Shown here piece after piece: positions 30,001 to 40,900 of a DNA stretch of 64,000 nucleotides; the stretch's first letter is position 1; every line of letters begins with the position of its first letter. The stretch is from the human T2T-CHM13v2.0 reference genome, Homo sapiens. Position numbers and translations under genes: made by a program. The DNA is taken from NCBI RefSeq assembly GCF_009914755.1, contig NC_060938.1. One strand, 5' to 3'. The notes beneath the pieces were generated by a model. The model was not told the DNA's origin and made no database searches. It worked only from the letters and a program-made list of their open reading frames with translations.

Positions 30001-33000
30001 TCTTATTGTAGAATCTGCAACTGGATATTTGGAGAGTTTGAGGCCACTGGTGGAAAAGCAAATATCTTCACATCAAAACTAGACAGGATCATTATAAGTA
30101 ATCTCTTTGAGATGCGTGCATTCAACTCACAGAGTTGGACATTTCCTTTGATTGAGCAGTTTGGAAACAGTCTTTATGCAGTATCTGCAAACGGATATTT
30201 GGAGCACTTTCAGGCCTATAGTAGGAAAGGAAATATCTTCACATAAAAACTAGACACCAAATTACTGAGAAACTTCTTAATGATGTGTGCATTCATCTCA
30301 CAGAGTTGAAACTTCTTTTGATTGAGCAGTTTGGAAACACTCTTTTAGTAGAAACTGCAAGGGGATATTTGGAGCGTTTTGTGGTCTATGGTAGAAAAGG
30401 ATATATCTTCACATAAAAATAGAAGCATTCTGAGGAACTTCCTGATGTGTTCATTCATCTCAAAGAGTTGAACTTTTCTTTTGATTGAGCAGCTTTGAAA
30501 AACTCTTTCTGCAGAATCTGCAAGTTGATATTTGGAGTGCTTTGTGGCCTATAGTAGAAAAGGAAATATCTTTACATAAAACTAGACAGAAGCATTCTGA
30601 GAAACTTCTTTGTGATGTGTGCATTCATCTCGCAGAGTTGAATCTTTCTTTTGTTTGAGCAGTTTTGAAACTCTCTTTTTGTAGAATCTTCAAGTGGATA
30701 TTTTCAGCGCTTTGAGGCCTATGGTGGAAAAGAAAATATCTTCACATAAAAACTAGTCAGAAGCATTCTGAGAAACTTCTTTGTGACGTGTGCATTCAAC
30801 TCATGGAGTTCAACCTTTCTTTTGATTCAGCAGTTTGGAAACAGTCTTTTTACAGTATCTGCAAATGGCTATTTGGAGAGCTTTGAGGCCTATGGTGTAA
30901 AAGGAAATCTCTTCCCATAAAAACTAGACAGCAGCATTCTGAGAAACTTATTTGTGATCTGTGCATTCATCTCACAGAGTTGAACCTTTCTTTTGATTCA
31001 GCAGTTTTGAAACTGTCGTTTTGTAGAATCTGCAAAGGAATATTTGTGAGCCCATTGAGGCTTCTGGGGTGATAGGAAATATCTTCACATAAAAACTAGA
31101 CAGATACTTTCTGAGAAACTATTTTGTCGTGTGTGACTTCTACTCACCGGGTTGAAACTTTCTCTTGATTGAGCAGTTTGGAAACAGTCTTTTTGTAGAA
31201 TCTGCAAATTGATATTTGGAGTGCTTTTGGCCTACGTTGAAAAACGAAATATCTTCCCATAAAAAGTAGGCAGAAGTTTTGGAGAAATTTATTTTGATGT
31301 GTGCATTCATCTCACACAGTTTAAATTTTCTTTTGATTGGGCAGTGTGGATACACTCGTTGTGTAGAGTCTGCAAGTGGATATTTGGAGCACTTTGTGGC
31401 CTATAGTGAAAAAGGAAATATCTTCACATAAAAACTAGATAGAAGAATTCTGAGAAACTTCCTTTGAATGGGCGCATTCATCTCACACTGTTGAACTTTT
31501 TTTTTGATTGAGCACCTTCTAAACAGTCATTTTGTAGAATATGCAAAGGAATATTTGTGAGCCCATTGATGCCTCTGGGGAAACAGGAAATATCTTCACA
31601 TAAAAACGAGACAGAATCTTTCTCAGAAACGTCTTGGTGATGTGTGCATTCATCTCAGTGAGTTGAACTTTATTTTGATTGAGCAGTTTCGAAACAGTCT
31701 TTTCTAGTATCTGCAAATGGATATTTTAAGCACTCTGAGGCCTACGGTGAAAAAGGAAATATCTTCAATATAAATCAGACAGAAGCATTCATAGAAACTT
31801 CTTTGTGATGTGTGCATTCATCTCACCGACTAGAACCTTTCTTTTGATTGAGCAGTTTTGAAACACTCTTTTAGCGGAATCTGCAAGTGTTTATTTGGAG
31901 CGCATGAGGAATATGGTGGAAAAGGAATCTTCTTCACATAAAAACGAGACGGAAGCATTCTGAGAAACTTCTCTGTGATGGATGCATTCATTTCACAGAG
32001 TTAAACCTTTCCTGTGATTGAGCGGTTTGGAAACAGTAGTTTTTTACAATCTGCAGAAGGATACTTGTGAGCCGATTGAGGTCTATGGGGTGATAAGAAA
32101 TATGTTCACATAAAAACTAGATAGAAAGTTTCTGAGAAACTTCTTTGTGATATTTGCTTTTATCTCATAGAGTTGAAACTTTCTTTTTATTGAGCAGTTT
32201 GGGAACGTCTTTTTGTAGTATCTGCAAATGGATATTACCAGTGCTTTGAGGCCTATGGTGGAAAAGGAAATATCTTCACATAAAAACAAGGCGGAAGAAT
32301 TCTGAGAAACTTCTTTTTGATGTCTGCATTCATCTCACAGAGTTGAACCTTTCTTTTGATTGAGCAGTTTTGAAACGCTCTATTTGTAGTATCTGCAAGT
32401 GGATATTTGGAACGCTTTGAGGCCTATAGTGGAAAAGGAAATATCTTCACATAAAAAACTAGAAAGAAGAATTCTGAGAAACTTCCTAGGAAGGTTTATT
32501 TTCGTCTCACACTGTTAAACCCGTCTTTTGATTGAGCAGCTTCGATACAGTCATTTAGTAGAATATGAAAGGGAATATTTGAGAGCCCATTGAGGCCTCT
32601 GGGGAAATAAGAAATATCTTCACCTAAAAACAAGACAAAATCTTTCTGAGAAACACCCTTGTGATGTGTGCATTCATCATGCACAGTTGAACTTTCTTTT
32701 GATTGAGCAGTTTGGATACAGTCATTTGTATTATCTGTAAATGGATATTTGGAGTGTATTGAGGCCTATGGTGAAAAAGGAAATATCCTCACATAAAATT
32801 CAGATGGAAGCATTCTTAGAAACTCCTTTGTGATGTGTACATTCATCTCACAGACTTCAAACTTTCTATTGATTGAGCAGTTTTTAAACACTCTTTTTGT
32901 AGAATCTGCCAGTGGATATTTGGAGCGCTCTGTGGCCCATAGTGGAAAAGGAAATATCTTCATAAGAAAAATAAACAGAAGCACTTTGAGAAAGTTCTCT

Positions 33001-36000
33001 GTGTTGTATGCAGTCATATCTCAGACATGAAACTTTCTTTGGTACAGCAGTTTTAAAACACTCTTTTTGGAGATTCTGAAAGTAGATATTTGGAGAGACT
33101 TGAGGACTACGGTGGAAAAGGAAATATCTTCACAAAAAAACTAGACAGAAACATTCTGAGAAGCTTCTTTGTGATGTGTCCGTCCATCTCGAAGAGTTGA
33201 ACCTTTCTTTTGATTGAGCATTTTTGAAGCACTCTTTTTGTAGAATCTTCAAGTGGATATTTGGAGGGTTTGTGGCCTGTGGTGGAAAAGGAAATATATT
33301 CACATAAAAACTAGATAGAAGCATTCTGAGAAACTTCTTTGTGATGTGCTCATTCAACTCACAGGGTTGAGCTTTTCTTTTGATTGAGCAGTTTGGAAAC
33401 AGTCTTTTTGTAGAATCTGCAAGTGGATATTTGGAGCGCATGACGGCCTATAGTGGAAAAGGACATATATTCACATAAAAACTAGACAGAAGCATTCTGA
33501 GAAACTTCTTTGTGATGTGCTCATTCAACTCACAGAGTTGAACTTTTCTTTTGTTTGAGCAGTTTGCAAACAGTCTTTTTGTAGAATCTGCAAGTGGATA
33601 TTAGGAGTGTATTACGGCCTATAATGGAGAATGAAATATCTTCACATAAAAACTAGACAGAAACATTATGAGAAACTGCTTTGTGATGCGTGCATTCATC
33701 ACCAGAGTTGAGTTTCTCTTTTGATTGAACAGTTTTGAAACACTCTTTCTGTAGAATCTGAAAGGGATATTTGGAGCGCTTTGCAGCCTATGGTGAAAAA
33801 GGAAATATCTTCACATAAAAGCTAGACAGAAGCATTCTAAGAAAGTGCTTTGTGACGTGTGCATTCATCTCACAGTGTTGAACCTTTCTTTTGATTGAGC
33901 AGTTTTGAAACACTCTTATTGTAGAATCTGCAAGTGGATATTTGGAGAGTTTGAGGCCACTGGTGGAAAAGCAAATATCTTCACATCAAAACTAGACAGA
34001 ATCATTATAAGTAATCTCTTTGAGATGCGTGCATTCAACTCACAGAGTTGGACATTTCCTTTGATTGAGCAGTGTGGAAACAGTCTTTTTGCAGTATCTG
34101 CAAACGGATATTTGCAGCACTTTCAGGCCTATAGTAGGAAAGGAAATATCTTCACATAAAAACTAGACAGAAAATTACTGAGAAACTTCTTAATGATGTG
34201 TGCATTCATCTCACAGAGTTGAAACTTTCTTTTGATTGAGCCGTTTGGAAACACTCTTTTGTAGAAACTGCAAGGTGATATTTGGAGCGTTTTGTGGTCT
34301 ATGGTTGAAAAGGATATATCTTCACATAAAAATAGAAGCATTCTGAGGAACTTCCTGATGTGTGTATTCATCTCAAAGAGTTGAACTTTTCTTTTGATTG
34401 AGCAGCTTTGAAAAACTCTTTCTGCAGAATCTGCAAGTTGATATTTGGAGTGCTTTGGGGCCTATAGTAGAAAAGGAAATATCTTTACATGAAACTAGAC
34501 AGAAGCATTCTGAGAAACTTCTTTGTGATGTGTGCATTCATCTCACAGAGTTGAATCTTTCTTCTGTTTGAGCAGTTTTGAAACTCTCTTTCTATAGAAT
34601 CTTCAAGTGGATATTTTCAGCGCTTTGAGGCCTATGGTGGAAAAGAAAATATCTTCACATAAAAACTAGTCAGAAGCATTCTGAGAAACTTCTTTGTGAC
34701 GTGTGCATTCAACTCATGGAGTTCAACCTTTCTTTTGATTCAGCAGTTTGGAAACAGTCTTTTTACAGTATCTGCAAATGGCTATTTGGAGAGCTTTGAG
34801 GCCTATGGTGGAAAAGGAATTATCTTCCCATAAAAACTAGACAGCAGCATTCTGAGAAACTTATTTGTGATCTGTGCATTCATCTCACAGTGTTGAACCT
34901 TTCTTTTGATTCAGCAGTTTTGAAACTGTCGTTTTGTAGAATCTGCAAAGGAATATTTGTGAGCCCATTGAGGCTTCTGGGGTGATAGGAAATATCTTCA
35001 CATAAAAACTAGACAGATACTTTCTGAGAAACTATTTTGTCATGTGTGACTTCTACTCACCGGGTTGAAACTTTCTCTTGATTGAGCAGTTTGGAAACAG
35101 TCTTTTTGTAGAATCTGCAAATTGATATTTGGAGCGCTTTTGGCCTTCGTTGAAAAATGAAATATCTTCCCATAAAAAGTAGGCAGAAGTTTTGGAGAAA
35201 TTTATTTTGATGTGTGCATTCATCTCACACAGTTGAAATTTTCTTTTGATTGGGCAGTGTGGATACACTCGTTTTGTAGAGTCTGCAAGTGGATATTTGG
35301 AGCACTTTGTGGCCTATAGTGAAAAAGGAAATATCTTCACATAAAAACTAGATAGAAGAATTCTGAGAAACTTCCTTTGAATGGGCGCATTCATCTCACA
35401 CTGTTGTACTTTTTTTTTGATTGAGCACCTTCTAAACAGTCATTTTGTAGAATATGCAAAGGAATATTTGTGAGCCCATTGATGCCTCTGGGGAAACAGG
35501 AAATATCTTCACATAAAAACGAGACAGAATCTTTCTCAGAAACGTCTTGGTGATGTGTGCATTCATCTCACTGAGTTGAACTTTATTTTGACTGAGCAGT
35601 TTGGAAACAGTCTTTTCTAGTATCTGCAAATGGATATTTTAAGCACTCTGAGGCCTACGGTGAAAAAGGAAATATCTTCAATATAAATCAGACAGAAGCA
35701 TTCATAGAAACTTCTTTGTGATGTGTGCATTCATCTCACCGACTAGAACCTTTCTTTTCATTGAGCAGTTTTGAAACACTCTTTTAGCGGAATCTGCAAG
35801 TGTTTATTTGGAGCGCATGAGGAATATGGTGGAAAAGGAATCTTCTTCACTTGAAAACGAGACGGAAGCATTCTGAGAAACTTCTCTGTGATGGATGCAT
35901 TCATTTCACAGAGTTAAACCTTTCCTGTGATTGAGCGGTTTGGAAACAGTAGTTTTTTACAATCTGCAGAAGGATACTTGTGAGCCGATTGAGGTCTATG

Positions 36001-36314
36001 GGGTGATAAGAAATATGTTCACATAAAAACTAGATAGAAAGTTTCTGAGAAACTTCTTTGTGATATTTGCTTTTATCTCATAGAGTTGAAACTTTCTTTT
36101 TATTGAGCAGTTTGGGAACAGTCTTTTTGTAGTATCTGCAAATGGATATTACCAGTGCTTTGAGGCCTATGGTGGAAAAGGAAATATCTTCACATAAAAA
36201 CAAGGCGGAAGCATTGTGAGAAACTTCTTTTTGATGTCTGCATTCATCTCACAGAGTTGAACCGTTTTTTTGATTGAGCAGTTTTGAAACGCTCTATTTG
36301 TAGTATCTGCAAGT
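1..36314 (+). repeat. Alpha-satellite higher-order repeat array, 23-mer (~3913 bp), about 9.4 copies, CENP-B-box-less (inactive SF4-like; resembles the pTRA-2 3.9-kb acrocentric HOR)
   Basis: ~171-bp monomers (CATTCTGAGAAACTTCTTTGTGATGTGTGCATTCA...GGAAATATCTTCACATAAAAACTAGACAGAAG). An equivalent anchor recurs at 178, 4090, 7833, 11576, 15489, 19402, 23314, 27227, 31140 and 35053 (spacings 3912, 3743, 3743, 3913, 3913, 3912, 3913, 3913, 3913). The box position carries GGTGAAAAAGGAAAT/GGTGGAAAAGGAAAT (pJ-alpha type). Match to the HOR is lost at ~36315. The pTRA-2 assignment rests on recalled unit size and context and is less certain than the HOR call. Confidence 0.96.
2520..13750 (+). repeat. 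22-mer (3743 bp) HOR structural variant region
   Basis: Two consecutive periods of 3743 bp. The pair of near-identical adjacent monomers at ~2345-2690 (both GATGTGCTCATTCAACTCACAGAGTTGA) is present as a single monomer at ~6260 and at ~10003. Confidence 0.9.
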
Positions 36315-37996
36315 GTATATTTGAAGTGCTTTGAGGCTTCTGGTGGAAAAGGAAGCATCTTCACATAAAAACTAGACACAAGCATTCTGAGAAACTTCTT
36401 TGTGCTGTGTGCATTCATGTCACAGAGCTGAATCTTTCTTTTATTGAGCAGTTTTGAAAAACTGTTTCATAGAGTGTTCAAGTGGATATTTGGAGCACTT
36501 TGAGGCCTATGGTGGAAAAGGAAATATCTTCACTTAAAAACTAGACAGAAGCATTCTGAGAAATTTCCTTGTGAAGTGTGCATTCATCTGACAGAGTTCA
36601 AACTTTGTTTTGATTGAGCCGTTTGGAAACAGTCCTTTTGTAGGATCTGCAAAGGGATATTTCTGAGCCCATTGAGACCTATAGTGAAAGAGGAAATATC
36701 TTCACTTAAAAACTAGACAGAAGCATTCTGAGAAACTTCTTAATGATGTGTGCTTTCATCTCACAGGTTTGAAACTTTCTTTTGATTGAGCAGTTTGGAA
36801 ACAGTCTTTTTGTAGAATCTGCAAAGGATACTTCAAGCACTTTGAGGCCTATGGTGAAAAAGGACATATCTTCACATGAAATATAAACAGAAGCTTTCTG
36901 AGAAACTTCCTTTTGATGACTGCATACATCTCACAGAGGTGAAACTTTCTTTTCATTGAGCAGTTTGGAAACAGTCTTTTTGTAAAATCTGCAAAGGAAT
37001 ATTTCTGCGAAGTTAGAGGCCTATGGTGAAAAAGAAATATCTTCAGATAAAATGTAAACAGAAGTATTCTGAGAAAATTTTTTGTGATGTATCCATTTAT
37101 CTCACAGAGTTGAACTTTTCTTTTGATGGAGCAGTCTGGAAACAGTCTTTTTGTAGTATCTGAAGAGGTATATGTGAGAACAGTTTAAGGCCTCTGTTGG
37201 AAAAGGAAATATCTTCACATAAAAACTAGGTAGAAGCATTCTGAGAAACTTCTTTGTGTTGTGTGCATTCATCTCAAAGAGCTGAACCTGTCTTTGGAAT
37301 GAGCAGTTTGGAAACAGTCGTTTTGTAGAATCTGCAAAGGGATATTTAGGAGCAAGTTGAAGCCTATGGTGAAAAAGGAAATATCTTCACATAAAAACTA
37401 GAAATAAGCATTCTGAGAAGCTGTTTTAAGATATGTGTATTCATCTCACAGAAGTAAACATTTCTTTTCATTGAGTAGTTTGTAAACTCTGTTATTCTAG
37501 AGTCTGCAAAGGGATTTTTTTGAGTGCTTTGAGACCCACATTGCAAAAGGAAATATCTTCACATAAAAACTTGTGAGAAGCTTGCTGAGAAACTACTTCC
37601 TGATGTGTGCATTCATCTAACAGAGTTGAAACTTTCTTTTGATTGAGCAGTTTGGAAACAGTCTTTTTGTAGATTCTGCAAAGGTATATTTGGGAGTGCA
37701 TTTAGGCCTATGTTCTAAAAGGAAATATCTTCACATAAAAATGAGAAGGGAGTTTTCTGAGAAACTTCTTTGTGATGTGCACATTCGTCTCACAGGGTTG
37801 AACCATTCTGTTTATTGAGCAGTTTGGAAACAGTCTTTTTGTAGAATCTGCAAAGGGATATCTGCGAGCACATTGAGGCATATGGTGAAAAAGGAAATAT
37901 CTTCACATTAAAAGCAGAAAGAAGTTTTCTGAGTAACTCCTTTGTGACATTTACATTTATCACACAGAAGTAAAAATTTCTTCCCATTGAGCAGTT
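36315..37996 (+). repeat. Diverged monomeric alpha satellite (~10 monomers), same orientation as the HOR
   Basis: 171-bp periodicity continues, but the sequence no longer matches the next expected HOR monomers (expected ...AAGTGGATATTTGGAACGCTTTG..., seen ...AAGTGTATATTTGAAGTGCTTTG...). Confidence 0.92.
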
Positions 37997-40900
37997 AGTT
38001 TTTATGTGAAGATATTTCCATTTTCACTATAGACCTCAAACCACCTACATATATCCCTTTGCAGATTCTACAAAAAGACTGTTTCCAAACTGCTCAATCA
38101 AAGAAAACTTCCACTCTGCGAGATGAATGCACACATCACAGAGAAGTTTCTCAGAAAGTTTCTGTCTAGTTTTTATTTGCTGATACTCCCTTTTTCACCA
38201 TAGGCCTCAAACCGCTCATAAATAACCCTTTGCAGATTCTACAAAAAGACTGTTTCCAAACTACTCAATCAGAAGAAAGCTTCAACTCTGTGACATGAAT
38301 TCACACATCACAAAGAAGTTTTCCAGAAATCTTCTGTCTAGTTTTTATGTTAAGATACTTCCTTTTTCACCACAGGCCTCAAATATCTCCAAATATCCAT
38401 TTGCAGATTCTACAAAAAGACTTTCCAAACTGATCAATCAAAAGAAATGTTCAACACTGTGAGATGAAGGCACACATCACAAAGAAGTTTCTCAGAAATC
38501 TTCTGTCTAGTTTTTATGTGAAGATATTTCGTATTTCACCACAGGCCATAAAGGGCTCACAAATATCCCTTTGCAGATTGTACAAAAAGACTGTTTCCAA
38601 GAAGCTCAGCCAAAATAATGATTCAACTCTGTGAAATGAAAGCACACATCACAAAGAAGTTTCTCAAAATGCTTCCCTCTACTTTTTATGTGAATATATT
38701 TCCTTTTTAAACCTAGGCCTCAAAGCTCTCCAAATATCCATTTGTAGATTCTTCCAAAGACTGTTTCCAAAGAGATCAATCAACAGAAGGGTTCAACTCT
38801 GTAGGATGAAAGCACACATCACAAAGATGTTTCTCAGAAAGCTTCTGTCTAGTATTTATGTGAAGATATTTCCTATTTCACCGTAGGCCTCAATGGGATC
38901 ACAAATATCCCTTTGCAGATTCTACAAAAAGACTGTTTCTGAACTGCTCAATGAAAAGAAAGGTTCAACTCTGTGAGGTGAATGCACAGATAAAAAAGAA
39001 GTTTCTCAGAATGCTTGTGTCTAGTTTTTATGTGAAGTTATTTCTTTTTCACCATAGGCCTCAAACCACTCAGAAACACTCCTTTGCAGTTTGCACAAAA
39101 AGAAAGTTTCCAAACTCCTCAATGAACAGAAAAGTTCAACTCTTTGAGATGAATGCAAACATCACAAAGATTTATCTCAAAAATCTTCTGTCTGGTTTTT
39201 ATGTGAAGATATTTTGTTTTTCACCATAGGCCTCAAACAGCTCACAAATATAACTTTGCAGATTCTACAAAATGACTTGTTCCTAAACTACTCAATGAAA
39301 AGAAAGGTTTGAATCTGTGAGATGAAAGCACGCATCATGAAGAAGTTTCTCAGAAAGTTTCTATCTAGTTATTGTGTGCAGATTCTTCCTTTTTCACCTT
39401 ATGCCTCAAAGCGCTCCAAATATCTGTTTACAGGTTCTACAAAAAGAGTGTTTCCAAACTGCTCAATCAAAGGAAAGGTTCAACTCTGTGAAATGAAAGG
39501 GCACATCACAAGGAAGTTTCTCAGAATGCTTATGTCTAGTTATTATGTGAAGATAATCCCTATTTCACTATAGGACTCAAAGGACTCAGAAATATCCCTT
39601 TGCAGATTCTACAAAATGACTGTATCCAAACTGCTCCATCAAAAAAAAAGGTTGAACTCTGTGAGATGAAAGCACCCATCACAAAGAAGTTCCTCAGAAA
39701 GCTTCTGTCTAGTTTTTATGTAAAGATATTTCCTATTTCACCATAGGCCTCAAAGGGCTCAGAAATATCCCTTTGCAGATTGTATGAAAAGACTGTTTCT
39801 GAACTACTCAATGAAATGAAAGCTTCAACTCTGTGGTTTGAATGCACACATCACAAAGAAGTTTCCCAGAATACTTCTGTCTAATTTTTATATGAAGATA
39901 TTTCTTCATTCAGAAATATCACTCAGAAATATCCCTTTACAGATTGTGGAAAAAGACTGTTTCCAAACTGCTCAATGAAAAGGAAGATTCGACTCTGTGA
40001 AATGAATGCAAACATCATAAAGAGGTTTCTCAAAAAGCTTCTGTCTGGTTTTTATGTGAAGGTATTTCCTTTTTCACCATAGGCCACAAACCGCTAACAA
40101 ATATCCCTTTGCAGATTCTCCAAAAAGACTGCTTCCAAACTGCTCGATGAAAAGAAAGGCTAAACTTTGTCACACATCACAAAGAAGTTTCTCAGAATGC
40201 TTTTGTCTTGTTTTATATGAAGAAGTTTCATTTTTCACCATAGGCCTCAAAGTGCTCCAAATATCCATTTGCAGATTCTACAAAAAGACTTTTTCCTAAT
40301 TGTTCAATCAAAAGAACGGTTCAACTCTGTGTGATGAATGCACACATCAAAAAGAAGTTTCTCAGAAAACTTCTGTTTAGTTTTTATGTGAAGATATTTC
40401 CTTTTTCACCATGGGCCTCAAAGTGCTCCAAATATCCACTTGCAGAATCTACAAAAAGAGTGTTTTCAAACTGCTTAATCACAAGAAAGTTTCAACTCTG
40501 TGAGATGAAAGCACACTTCACCAAGGAGTTTCTTAGAAACCTTCTATCTAGTTTTTATGTGAAGATATTTCATATTTCAAAATAGGTCTCAATGGGCTCA
40601 GAAGTATACACTTGCAGATGCTACAAAAAGAGTGTTTCCAAAAAGCTCAATCAAAAGAAAGGTTTAACACTTTAAGATGAATGTGCACATTACAAAGAAG
40701 TCTCTCAGAATGCTTCTGTATACTTTTTTTGAGAAGCCATTTCCTTTTTCACCATAGGCCTCAGTCCACTCACTAATAGCCCACTTCAGACACTACAAAA
40801 GACTCTTTCCAAACTGCTCAATCAAAATAAAGGTTCACATCTATGAGATGAAAGCCCACATCACAAAGAAGTTTCTCAGAAAGTTTCTGTCTAGTTTTTA

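Noticed and set aside
1-36314. Active centromere core
   Set aside because: No intact CENP-B box was seen, monomers are A-type and the array abuts monomeric alpha and HSat3. This fits an inactive flanking array, though CENP-A data would be needed to be sure.
37000-39000. Large hairpin or cruciform at the inversion point
   Set aside because: The arms are diverged non-identical monomers broken at different phases, so this is not a perfect palindrome.
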